In this document: in pieces, positions 26,354 through 35,719 of the stretch | Position numbering within the stretch: position 1 is the stretch's first letter | Layout of the letters: each line of letters starts with the position of its first letter | Assembly (NCBI GenBank): GCA_016183565.1 | Contig: JACPEJ010000001.1 | Coordinates: 48,196-112,195 of the forward strand | Direction of reading: 5' to 3' | From: Candidatus Blackburnbacteria bacterium | GTDB lineage: Bacteria; Patescibacteriota; Microgenomatia; UBA8517; UBA10165 | DNA: 64,000 nucleotides | Made by a program: the position numbers and the translations under genes | Notes under the pieces: generated by a model | Told to the model about the DNA's origin: nothing | Database searches by the model: none | What the model saw: the letters and a program-made list of their open reading frames with translations, nothing else

Positions 26354-27547
26354 ATGAAGACCTCGCCTAAAATACTAACTGAAATTTACAAAATAGGGGG
26401 GGAGCTCTATCCTACACGAACAAAAGGTGAGAGGGCGAGTTCTGATGTGCTAACACCTATTTTAACTTCTCGGGTGCAGACAAAAAAAGAGCTTTTAGGG
26501 GCTGAGGAACGGTTGCGGTTGGTTCTTGAGGCAGCTAGTTTAGGAACGTGGAGGTGGAATGTTGGTACTAATAAGGTTGAATGGTCTACTCGATTGGAGC
26601 TAATACACGGATTTGTCCCTGGAACATTTAAAGGAACCCTTCAGGCATATTTAAGAAGAATACAATCTGAAGATCGACAGAGTGTTGCCCAGTCGCTCAA
26701 ACAAGCAATACAAAAGGGTGCAGATCACCATGTGGAATATCGTATAGCCTTACCAGATGGAAAATATCGGTGGGTAGAAGAGTGGGGAAAATTATTTTTA
26801 GATAAGCTGGGAAAATCAAGCCACATGCTTGGTGTGTGTATGGATATAACTTCCAGGAAAGAAGAGAATAAGCAAAAAGATAATTTTATAGGCATAGCAA
26901 GCCACGAACTTAAAACTCCGCTTGCTAGTATTAAGGCATTTACTTACATACTCCAGAAACGCCTGGAAAAGCAAAATGATCAGTCGATAAACAACTATCT
27001 TTATAAAATAGATGAGAAGCTAAACACTTTAACAAAACTTATAAATGATCTTGTAGATATAACAAGAATAGGTGCTAATAAATTAGAACTTTTCAAAGAA
27101 CAATTTTTTATAGATGAATTGGTCCAAGAAGTAATACAGGATATTCAGCCAGTAACACCTCAACATACAATCACAAAGAGTGGCAAAGGGAATGTAAAAG
27201 TGTATGCTGACCGTATGAGAATTGGTCAGGTTATGGCAAATCTTTTAAAAAATGCTATTAAATATTCTCCGAATGCAAAGAGGGTTCATGTGAGTATTAC
27301 AAAAAGTCAACGTACTCTTACTGTTGGTGTGAGAGATTTTGGTGTAGGAATACGCAAAAGAGATTTAAAGAAGGTTTTTGATTTGTTTTTTAGAGGGAGT
27401 GGTCGAGAAATCAAACAAAGTACTGGTTTGGGTGTAGGTTTGTATATCTCCTCAGAAATAATTACACAACATGGTGGAAAAATTTGGACAGAGAGTACTT
27501 TTGGAAAAGGTTCTATTTTTTACTTCACCCTACCCCTTGTGAAGTAA
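26354..27547 (+). CDS. PAS domain sensor histidine kinase
   Basis: PAS_3 region, H-box SHELKTPL, N-box NLLKNAIKY, G boxes DFGVG and GLGVGL. Confidence 0.93.
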   Translation: MKTSPKILTEIYKIGGELYPTRTKGERASSDVLTPILTSRVQTKKELLGAEERLRLVLEAASLGTWRWNVGTNKVEWSTRLELIHGFVPGTFKGTLQAYLRRIQSEDRQSVAQSLKQAIQKGADHHVEYRIALPDGKYRWVEEWGKLFLDKLGKSSHMLGVCMDITSRKEENKQKDNFIGIASHELKTPLASIKAFTYILQKRLEKQNDQSINNYLYKIDEKLNTLTKLINDLVDITRIGANKLELFKEQFFIDELVQEVIQDIQPVTPQHTITKSGKGNVKVYADRMRIGQVMANLLKNAIKYSPNAKRVHVSITKSQRTLTVGVRDFGVGIRKRDLKKVFDLFFRGSGREIKQSTGLGVGLYISSEIITQHGGKIWTESTFGKGSIFYFTLPLVK

Positions 27548-27684
27548 TTTTTTCTATGTTTTCGTGAAAAGGTAATGCTTGCAAAGCTATTTTCATATGA
27601 TAACTTAAAAAGAGAACTTCGAGCACAGCTCGGGTGGAAATATTGAGCATTAGTCCTTACAATATACCTTCTCTATAAAAATCT

Positions 27685-28650
27685 ATGCAACAGCACCCTG
27701 TTCCTCAAGAGATTACATCGTATGAGTTTAGACTTGTGGGGGATATGACCCTAAAGCAGTTTTTACAGCTTGCTTCAGGAGCTGGAATTGCTTTTCTGTT
27801 TTTTGTCTCTCCTATTCCGGGTTTTGTAAAATGGCCGCTTGTTGTTTTTGCGGCTCTTTTTGGTATTGCTTTGGCTTTCTTGCCAGTTGATGAGAGGCCG
27901 TTGTCTCACTGGATTTTTTCTTTTTTTAAGGCTATTTACTCCCCTACTCTTTATGTGTGGATGCAGGGTGGGTCTGAGGGTGTATTTCAGGAAGAGGGGG
28001 TATTGCCTGTTATTATCACTCCTCAGGGAGAAGAAAAAGCTAAAAAGTATTTAAACGAGGTTCCGCAACCACAAGTTATGGCGGGGTTTGAAGAAGAAGA
28101 GAGAACTTTTTTCCAAAAAGTTCATGATGCTTTTGCTACGGAGGCTCCACAGATTTCTACTTCCTCTGTTTTTGCTCGACCAAATGATTCTTTGCAAGCT
28201 CCACTTTCTACTCCTGTAAAAGTAGAGCATACGCAAAAGACGTTTGAGCCAGTCCGTGTGGTAAAACCTGTTTATGCTCCGGTTGGTGTAAGCCCAGTGT
28301 TTGCACAACCAGTGGTTTCTACCAATGTTTCTCAGCAAGCAGTATTTTCCGTTGAAGCAGCTCCTCCAAATCCTCCGACTCAGCTAAACACTGTCGTTGG
28401 TCAGGTCTTGGCTTTGGATGGGAAAATGGTTGAGGGTGCGATTCTTGAGATACGAGAGGTTGGAGGTCTTCCAAAAAGAGCTTTGAGAACAAATAAGGTC
28501 GGTCATTTCTTGAGTGTTACGCCGCTTGAGAACGGAGAATATGAGATAGAGACTGAAAAAGAAGGTTTTGGTTTTGATGTAGTTTCTTTTAAGGCCGAGG
28601 GGAATATAATACCGCCAATACTAATTCGCGCGAAAGCTCTGGTGAATTAA
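27685..28650 (+). CDS. PrgI-family protein with C-terminal carboxypeptidase-regulatory-like beta domain
   Basis: HPVPQEITSYEFRLVGDMTLKQF, two TM, ERPL; GAILEI...RALRTNKVGHF. Confidence 0.85.
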   Translation: MQQHPVPQEITSYEFRLVGDMTLKQFLQLASGAGIAFLFFVSPIPGFVKWPLVVFAALFGIALAFLPVDERPLSHWIFSFFKAIYSPTLYVWMQGGSEGVFQEEGVLPVIITPQGEEKAKKYLNEVPQPQVMAGFEEEERTFFQKVHDAFATEAPQISTSSVFARPNDSLQAPLSTPVKVEHTQKTFEPVRVVKPVYAPVGVSPVFAQPVVSTNVSQQAVFSVEAAPPNPPTQLNTVVGQVLALDGKMVEGAILEIREVGGLPKRALRTNKVGHFLSVTPLENGEYEIETEKEGFGFDVVSFKAEGNIIPPILIRAKALVN

Positions 28651-28656
28651 ATTTGT

Positions 28657-29364
28657 ATGACAAAGCCAATAACAGCTCCGACACAACACCATTTGCCGAT
28701 TGCTGACATTGCTGATGATATTGTTTTAACAAAAGATGGTGGTGCAGCTGTTGTTCTTAAAACTACGGCTCTTAATTTTTCGTTGCTATCCGATAAGGAA
28801 CAAGAGGCTGTTACGTTTGCGTATGCAGCTCTTATTAACTCGTTGTCTTTTCCGATTCAGATCTTGGTGAGGTCGCATAAAAAAGATATTTCGAATTATA
28901 TTGCTTTTTTGGATTCTCAAGCAAAAGGTCAGCAGAATAGCAAGCTTAGGGATTTAATGATTTCTTATAAGGACTTTGTCTCTCAAATTGTTAAAAAAAG
29001 AAATGTTTTGGAGAAAGAGTTTTTTATAGTAATTCCTTTTTCCCCACTTGAGTTGGGTTTGTCTGCTGATTTTCTTATGAGTTTATTGAAGCCTGGCGGG
29101 CATAAGAAAATTCCTTTTTCTAAAGACTATGTTATAAAAAAGGCGAAAACTGCTCTTTACCCTAAACGTGACCATTTAATAAGACAATCGGGGCGTCTTG
29201 GAATTCGGATACAGCAGTTAACAACAGAGGATTTAGCTATTCTTTTTGCGAAAACATATACGCCAGAAGAGGAGAAAGTAGTACAGGGAGAACAGGTAGG
29301 GGCAGGCAATACCGAAGGTAGAAAGGAGGAGTTAAAGGAGGTTAAATATGAACCCGCTGTCTAG
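28657..29364 (+). CDS. Conserved protein resembling VirB4/TraC N-terminal domain
   Basis: TQHHLPIADI.DD, LNFSLLSDKEQEA...INSLSFPIQILVRS; overlaps virB4 start. Confidence 0.75.
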   Translation: MTKPITAPTQHHLPIADIADDIVLTKDGGAAVVLKTTALNFSLLSDKEQEAVTFAYAALINSLSFPIQILVRSHKKDISNYIAFLDSQAKGQQNSKLRDLMISYKDFVSQIVKKRNVLEKEFFIVIPFSPLELGLSADFLMSLLKPGGHKKIPFSKDYVIKKAKTALYPKRDHLIRQSGRLGIRIQQLTTEDLAILFAKTYTPEEEKVVQGEQVGAGNTEGRKEELKEVKYEPAV

Positions 29365-31360
29365 TTTGGTATCTCATATCAAAACACCGAAGAAAAACGG
29401 CGCAAAAGAAACCACACAGGTGTCTTCGATACAAGACGTGGTTGCTCCACAAAAGATTGAGGTTGATTTTGACTTTTTCAAAGTAAATAACAAATTCTTT
29501 AGAACTTTATTTGTTGCTGGTTATCCTCGTTTTGTTTATCCGGGGTGGCTAGATAGTGTTATAAATTTTGACCACTCTTTGGATTTATCCTTTTTTATAT
29601 ATCCTGTTGAGGGAAAAAGTGTTTTGGATGAATTGAGGCGAAAAATTACTGAAATGGAAGCAGAAATTGCAACAGATTTGCAGCGTGGTAAGGTAATAAA
29701 TCCATCAACACAGGTAAGGCTGGAGGATGCCAGATCGATACAGGATCAGCTGGTTAAGGGTGCTGAAAGATTTTTCCAGTTTTCCTTTTATGTTACGATT
29801 CCTGCCAATTCAATAGAGGAGCTTAACAATATAACTGCTCAGGTTGAGTCAACATTGGGGTCTTTGCTGGTTGTTGCAAGACAGGCAAGACTTAGAATGG
29901 AGGATGGTTTTTTGACAAGTGTTCCTTTGGGGATTGACAAACTTGCAATTATGCGGAATATGGATACTACAAGTCTTTCTACCACCTTTCCCTTTTCTTC
30001 TACTGAGTTATCATCGGATCGTGGGGTGTTGTATGGAATAAATGAGGATAATGACTCTCTGGTGGTTTTTGATAGATTTGGTTTGGAAAATTATAACAGT
30101 ATTTTACTGGCCACCTCGGGCTCCGGCAAGAGTTTTTCTGTTAAATTAGAAGCGTTACGTTCTCTGATGCTTGGGGTAGAGGTTTTTATTATCGATCCTG
30201 AGCAAGAATATAAAAAATTAACAGAGGCGGTTTCTGGTGAGTTTATATCATTCTCTTTTAACTCTTCAGCAAAAATAAACCCGTTTGATCTTTCAACCCT
30301 TCGGCATCCTTCGACTTCGCTCAGGACAAGTGCTCAGGGCGAGCTGTCGGCAGAGGTAGAAAATCAGCTGGCCTTAAAAATTCTTTCGCTTCATTCTTTG
30401 TTTGGGGTGATGATGGGTAAACTTAATCCATCAGAGCAAGCTCTTCTTGATAGAGCTCTTGTTGCAACATACAAAGCAAAGGGTATTACTACTTCTCAAA
30501 CACAGGCCCGCCAGCCGGACGGGCAGGCAAAGCAACCTCCTTTAATGGAAGATTTATATAAAACACTTCTGGGTATGGAGGATCCTATTGGTCGTTCACT
30601 TGCTGACAGGCTAGAAAAATTTGTTAAAGGTTCTTTTCGGGGAATATTTGATCAACATACAAATATTAATCTTGATAATCCGTTCACGGTTTTTTCTGTG
30701 CGGGATTTAGAGGAGTCTTTACGACCCATTGCAATGTTTATAATTCTTGATTTTATATGGACTCGCGTTAAACAGGACTTAAAGAAGCGAATTTTAATAG
30801 TTGATGAGGCGTGGCACATGATGCGTTATCCGGATACTGCTCAGTTTCTTTATTCTGTTGCTAAGCGTTCTAGGAAATATTGGCTGGGCCTAACAACCAT
30901 TACGCAAGACGTTGAGGATTTTTTGTCTTTAGATATTGGGAGGGCAATTGTTACAAATTCGGCTTTAAGGCTTTTAATGAAACAGTCTCCTGCAGCAATC
31001 GATAAGGTTGGAGAGGTATTTAAGTTATCAGAAGGAGAGAAACAATTGCTTCTTTCTGCTGATGTTGGTGAGGGGATATTTTTTGCCGGAGCAAATCATG
31101 TTGCGATAAGAGTTGCTGCTTCTGATCAAGAGTATAAGTTAATTACTTCTAAGCCGGCTGATCTTAAGGAAGATAAAGATATAGAAACAGATACAGATAA
31201 AGAAGCTAGGAATAATATACAGACTCGAGCCGATGCTCAGGTTAGTAGTGTTCCACCAGTAGTAAGTAATACAGAGAGCTCTACTCCTACACCGGTGGTT
31301 TCGAACAACAAACCACCTGTAAACAAACCGGTCTTTCTTGTAGAAGAACAGGAAGGATGA
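29348..31360 (+). CDS. VirB4-like secretion ATPase
   Basis: Walker A ATSGSGKS, IIDPEQEY, INPFDL, Walker B IVDEAW, RSRKY, TITQD. Confidence 0.92.
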   Translation: MNPLSSLVSHIKTPKKNGAKETTQVSSIQDVVAPQKIEVDFDFFKVNNKFFRTLFVAGYPRFVYPGWLDSVINFDHSLDLSFFIYPVEGKSVLDELRRKITEMEAEIATDLQRGKVINPSTQVRLEDARSIQDQLVKGAERFFQFSFYVTIPANSIEELNNITAQVESTLGSLLVVARQARLRMEDGFLTSVPLGIDKLAIMRNMDTTSLSTTFPFSSTELSSDRGVLYGINEDNDSLVVFDRFGLENYNSILLATSGSGKSFSVKLEALRSLMLGVEVFIIDPEQEYKKLTEAVSGEFISFSFNSSAKINPFDLSTLRHPSTSLRTSAQGELSAEVENQLALKILSLHSLFGVMMGKLNPSEQALLDRALVATYKAKGITTSQTQARQPDGQAKQPPLMEDLYKTLLGMEDPIGRSLADRLEKFVKGSFRGIFDQHTNINLDNPFTVFSVRDLEESLRPIAMFIILDFIWTRVKQDLKKRILIVDEAWHMMRYPDTAQFLYSVAKRSRKYWLGLTTITQDVEDFLSLDIGRAIVTNSALRLLMKQSPAAIDKVGEVFKLSEGEKQLLLSADVGEGIFFAGANHVAIRVAASDQEYKLITSKPADLKEDKDIETDTDKEARNNIQTRADAQVSSVPPVVSNTESSTPTPVVSNNKPPVNKPVFLVEEQEG

Positions 31361-31373
31361 GAAAATAGTAAGT

Positions 31374-33308
31374 ATGGCGTTTTTCCGACGAGGTCTTTTT
31401 GGTTTTTTAGGGAAAATTGTTTTTGATATTCGTGAGAAGTTTTCTCGGAATATTATTAGACCTTATCCTTCGACAGGCTCCCGCCAGTCCGGCGGGCAGG
31501 CAGGACAAGTTCCTTCGACTCCTCCTAGACCGCCTCGACAAATTTTTCAAAAACCCAGAGAGGAAGTGGTGGTTTCGCCTCCACCAGAAAAACCCAATAT
31601 TGCCCAATGGCTGGAACAATTTAAAGAAAAGCCGACACACAGAGATACAGACACAGATACAGATACAGAAGCAGAAGTGGGCGAGGTTGGAACCTTACCT
31701 GTGTTACCTAGACGGGTTGGAGTTTTAAGAACGGAAAACGAAAAACGAAAAACGGGTGACGGAAAAACAGGTTTAGATAATGAGCTGTTATTGCTTTATA
31801 AAAGACAATCTGTTTTGGCGGATATCAAAAATTCACTTTTATCAGCAGTTCCTTTTTGGCCACAGACCAGCCTCGCGTCTAGGCAGGCCAGGCAAGAGAG
31901 AACAGAGGGGCTTTTAAGAGTTGCCTTGGAGGAGCGGGTTCGCAAAGATCCTGAGTTTCTAAATAGTGAGACATATAGACTTTTGAAGGCCAGTATTCAA
32001 CCCGTTGCAGAAGAGGTTTTAAAAGAAACTCGGTTCCTTCCTTCTGGGGTAAAAATTGTAACCCAAAGGGAGGTTGATTCCCAAAAAGAGCATATTTGGG
32101 GTTTTGACAAGGTTTTAAGGTTACAGACTGATGTACGCAAGGGTGTTATTCGAGCTGTTCATGAACCCCTTATAAGGTTTGCTTCTAGGATTTCTCCTAC
32201 TGTATCTCGTGGGGTGGCACAGGGTGTTGGGTCGATTGCGAAAAATGTTATTTCAAGTGGGGGTTTGGGGGTACGCACTTTGGCTGGGGGTCTGTTTAGG
32301 GGTGGTGGTCAGTTGGCAGTGAGGGGTTTATTTGGGTTGGGACAGGTTATTTCTAGTGTCAGTGCCGGAGCAGCAATAGGTATCTCAGGGGGTTGGCTTG
32401 TGGTTATTATTGTTCTGGTTATCGTGGGAGCTGGTGTGTTTATGATGCTTTTGGTGGGCTCTGCGATCGGTCCTTTTGCCATTCCTAGCCGAGGTGGTGC
32501 TGTTATACCAGCTGGCAACCAGTATATAAGTATAGAGAAAGTTGTTACTCCAACTACGCTTAAGAATGAGGATTTACCTTCAAAGGCTTCTTATATTATC
32601 CGGGTCAGACCCAGAAAAGGAGAGCTAACTTTTGTTGAAATTAAGGATAGTGTGGTTGCGAGTTCTAGAAGTGGAACAAAAACCTTGGCAGAAAAAACTT
32701 GGAGTGAGGCTAGTATTGCGGGTGAAAAGACTTTTGAATATTCGATTGATTTAGACCACGATCTTTCGGATTCTGTTGTAAGTAATACAGTTACTATATC
32801 TTTTACTGTCCTAGGACAGCCAGCAAGACAAAACGATTCGGTTAATCAGGCTTTGAGAATTGGAAATCCGCCTGAGGAGTGTCCAAGTGGGTGGCCAACG
32901 GATTATGGAAAGATTACACAGGGGGCTAACTCTGGGTTTACTCATAAAGGGTATGAGGCGATTGATATTGGTAATACTTCTGGTAAAAGAATTGCTGGCG
33001 CAACTATTCGCGCATCACACAGGGGCCGAGTTTCGACAAATTGTGGATCTTCGCTTTATGGAACTTGTGCTACTATAACTACGACATGTGAAGGCAAACA
33101 AGTTACAACTCTTTATGCGCACATGTTATCTCGCAGTGTAAATGATGGACAAGAAGTGATGCGTGGTGCGGAAGTGGGAAAAGTTGGCGCAACTGGAAAT
33201 GTTTATGGGTTTGATCCCAACCATCTTCATTATGAGTTTAGAAATAATGTGCTTAAGATTGTTCCGCCTTATATTCCTGTGTTCCCGGCAGTTGGGGTAA
33301 GTTGGTGA
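31374..33308 (+). CDS. Membrane protein with C-terminal M23 peptidase domain
   Basis: Gly-rich segment and TM; HKGYEAID, YAHM, VGATG, HLHYE. Confidence 0.85.
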   Translation: MAFFRRGLFGFLGKIVFDIREKFSRNIIRPYPSTGSRQSGGQAGQVPSTPPRPPRQIFQKPREEVVVSPPPEKPNIAQWLEQFKEKPTHRDTDTDTDTEAEVGEVGTLPVLPRRVGVLRTENEKRKTGDGKTGLDNELLLLYKRQSVLADIKNSLLSAVPFWPQTSLASRQARQERTEGLLRVALEERVRKDPEFLNSETYRLLKASIQPVAEEVLKETRFLPSGVKIVTQREVDSQKEHIWGFDKVLRLQTDVRKGVIRAVHEPLIRFASRISPTVSRGVAQGVGSIAKNVISSGGLGVRTLAGGLFRGGGQLAVRGLFGLGQVISSVSAGAAIGISGGWLVVIIVLVIVGAGVFMMLLVGSAIGPFAIPSRGGAVIPAGNQYISIEKVVTPTTLKNEDLPSKASYIIRVRPRKGELTFVEIKDSVVASSRSGTKTLAEKTWSEASIAGEKTFEYSIDLDHDLSDSVVSNTVTISFTVLGQPARQNDSVNQALRIGNPPEECPSGWPTDYGKITQGANSGFTHKGYEAIDIGNTSGKRIAGATIRASHRGRVSTNCGSSLYGTCATITTTCEGKQVTTLYAHMLSRSVNDGQEVMRGAEVGKVGATGNVYGFDPNHLHYEFRNNVLKIVPPYIPVFPAVGVSW

Positions 33309-33333
33309 GTGAGAGACACAGATACAGATAAAG

Positions 33334-34314
33334 ATGAAATTTTTGCAGAAATATTGGCTGATTTTAGTTTTAGCGATTATCGCTACTGTTTTGTTGTTTT
33401 TTTGGATTCAGGGTAGGAATTCTTCGGCTCCTGCGGACGAGGTGTTGGATGCAACCCTACCCAAGATACCATATCCAGAAATAGGTGGCCAGGAAATTCC
33501 TGCTGGTGCGAGTGTTAGTATAAATGCTTTCCCTAATGCATCAGAGGCCGTGGTTTATCAGGTTACACCTATTGCTTTTAATCATCAACAAGCTTTATCA
33601 GCAGCACAAAGTTTAGGTTTTCCTGAACAACCATCTTCTATAAACAATGATGTAGTATTTGGATCTTATTACCTGTGGATGACAGAGTCGCAGACTTTGA
33701 CAATAAGACTCTCCCCTGTTGATGTTGCTATATCAAGTGATGTTTTGAATTTGAATACAGGGCAAGAATTTCCAGATGATAGTGCGGCTGTGAATTTTAT
33801 TAATGATATTGTTGGAAAGATTGGAGTTAATACTACTGGTCTAAGGTTTATACAAACGGCATCTCGAACAGTTTTTAATGACCAAGTAAAAGAGGTTGGT
33901 TTAGTTCCTGTTGTCGAGGGGGTTCCAGTTGTTGATATTAATCCCACAGCTCCAATGGTTCTCGGGCGATTTAAAGAAGATGGTAGCTTGTTCGGTTTTT
34001 CTTATCGGAGTGGCTTCTCAAGTCCTCAGAGTGCTCTGCGCTACAAAATTAAGACAGAGGGGGAAATGAAATCTTCTTTGTTTAACGAGGGCAAGATTAT
34101 GGTGCTTGGTGATCCCCAAGAAGCACCTCGTGTTTTAACACCTTCTGTTGTTAATATTGAAAAGATAATCAATTCTCTTCTTTTTTATCCACAGAAGCCA
34201 ACCATCTTGTTTCCTATTTTTGTTCTTGAGGGTAAGGCACAGACTGGAGATGGTGAGGTGCCTATAGTTATTTATATGCCGTCTGTGAAGTCGGATTATT
34301 TGGAAGGTAGATAG
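33334..34314 (+). CDS. Membrane-anchored extracytoplasmic hypothetical protein
   Basis: N-terminal TM; C-terminal LFPIFVLEG...YMPSV. Confidence 0.75.
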   Translation: MKFLQKYWLILVLAIIATVLLFFWIQGRNSSAPADEVLDATLPKIPYPEIGGQEIPAGASVSINAFPNASEAVVYQVTPIAFNHQQALSAAQSLGFPEQPSSINNDVVFGSYYLWMTESQTLTIRLSPVDVAISSDVLNLNTGQEFPDDSAAVNFINDIVGKIGVNTTGLRFIQTASRTVFNDQVKEVGLVPVVEGVPVVDINPTAPMVLGRFKEDGSLFGFSYRSGFSSPQSALRYKIKTEGEMKSSLFNEGKIMVLGDPQEAPRVLTPSVVNIEKIINSLLFYPQKPTILFPIFVLEGKAQTGDGEVPIVIYMPSVKSDYLEGR

Positions 34315-34372
34315 GGTAAGTAAAGCAAGATCATTTCCTGTTGGAAATGGAAAAATAGTAAAAGAGGGAGAA

Positions 34373-35536
34373 TTAATTGTTTTGGATTCGTACTGGCATT
34401 ATGATGTGTTTATAGGTTGAATCGCTTGTGTCTTGAAATACTCCGGGGGCGGTTGATCCTTGGGTTTCTAGTGATATTGTTTCTTTGCTAACGCTATTGA
34501 AGAAATCAAGGAGATATCGATAATTGTAAGCAATTTGTGTACTTTCCCCTTCTGTTTTTGCTTCTACTGTAACTTCTTCTTTCCCATGGAGGTTACTTTC
34601 GCTGGTTATTGTTATTTGGTTTTGTTTTATGTTTAGTTTAATTATACTTGCGGATTCTCTTGCAAAAACTGCTGCTCCTTTGACTGCTCTTGCTAACTCA
34701 TCTTTTCCAGCTATTACCTTTACTGTCCAATCTTTAGGTATCACTCGGTTGTAATCTGGGAATTGGCCTTCTAGGACTCGACTTGTTAAAACCACAGATT
34801 CGCTCCCAAATAAAAGCTTACCCTCTTTTTCGAGGACTGCTACTCTGATTTTTTCTGTATCGTAATTTGCTATTTTTTCTAATTCTTCGATAACTTTTGC
34901 TGGAAGTAATACTTGCTTTCCTGAATTATTTATTTGTTTTTCTTCTTTGTTTTTGTTTGTTTCAATTTCTTTGTTGAACAAATCAGAATTTGTCTTCAAC
35001 TCCGTATATGACATTCGGAATCCGTCGGTTGCTACAGCTATCAGTCGGTCTTCTTCGAATTGAAGAAGTATTCCTGTTAGAACAGGACGAGTGTCGGTGT
35101 CGGCTGCGGCAAATGCTATTTGTTTTGCAAGTGTGGAAAGTGTTTCTTTTGTGAGGGAGAAAGTTGTAATTGGTAGCTCAGAAGGTACGTTTGGGAACTC
35201 TGCTGCGGGAATACCAGCTATTGAGGCTGAAAAATCTGCGGTTGATATTTCTAGATGTCCTTTTTTTTCTTCTAGCTCTATTTTTCCTGGACGAAGATTA
35301 CCTATAATTTCGCTTAAGATTTTGGCGGGTATGGTTATATCTCCTGGTTCTTGTACTTTTGCGCCGATGCTTGCTGATATTCCTATTTCTAAGTTTGTTG
35401 CTGATATTTGAAGTTTTCCTTCTTGGGCTTTTAGAAGTATATTTCCCAGTATCGGAATTTGGGCGCGGGAGGAAACAAAGCGTGATGCTAGGGTTATTTT
35501 TTGTAGAAAATCTTCTTGAAGTACTGAAATTTTCAT
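34373..35536 (-). CDS. dnaN: DNA polymerase III beta sliding clamp
   Basis: ISATNLEIG, RPVLTG, VATDGFRMS, GQFPDYNRVIP, IMPVR. Confidence 0.97.
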   Translation of the reverse strand: MKISVLQEDFLQKITLASRFVSSRAQIPILGNILLKAQEGKLQISATNLEIGISASIGAKVQEPGDITIPAKILSEIIGNLRPGKIELEEKKGHLEISTADFSASIAGIPAAEFPNVPSELPITTFSLTKETLSTLAKQIAFAAADTDTRPVLTGILLQFEEDRLIAVATDGFRMSYTELKTNSDLFNKEIETNKNKEEKQINNSGKQVLLPAKVIEELEKIANYDTEKIRVAVLEKEGKLLFGSESVVLTSRVLEGQFPDYNRVIPKDWTVKVIAGKDELARAVKGAAVFARESASIIKLNIKQNQITITSESNLHGKEEVTVEAKTEGESTQIAYNYRYLLDFFNSVSKETISLETQGSTAPGVFQDTSDSTYKHIIMPVRIQNN

Positions 35537-35589
35537 TGTGTTTAAGGTATCACAAGCATTGTGACTATTACAAGTGTTCGTTTTCTCTT

Positions 35590-35709
35590 TTTATTAATTG
35601 TTGTTGTTGTAGATATTGTTGAAAAGTGTAAAAGATGCTTAAAAAGCTTTGTTTTATTGTGGATATGGGCTTGTATTGTTTCTGGATAAAGTTGATGCAC
35701 TTTTCCACA
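35590..35709 (-). promoter_or_regulatory. oriC-like dnaA-dnaN intergenic region with DnaA boxes and DnaA-trio-like repeats
   Basis: One-mismatch boxes at 35658-35666, 35681-35689, 35701-35709; weaker box 35617-35625; minus-strand TAC-AAC-AAC-AAC-AAT then AT-rich run. Confidence 0.65.
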
Positions 35710-35719
35710 GGGTGTTTGG

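Noticed and set aside
27685-34314. Integrative conjugative element
   Set aside because: No relaxase, coupling protein, integrase or att repeats; composition matches core genes
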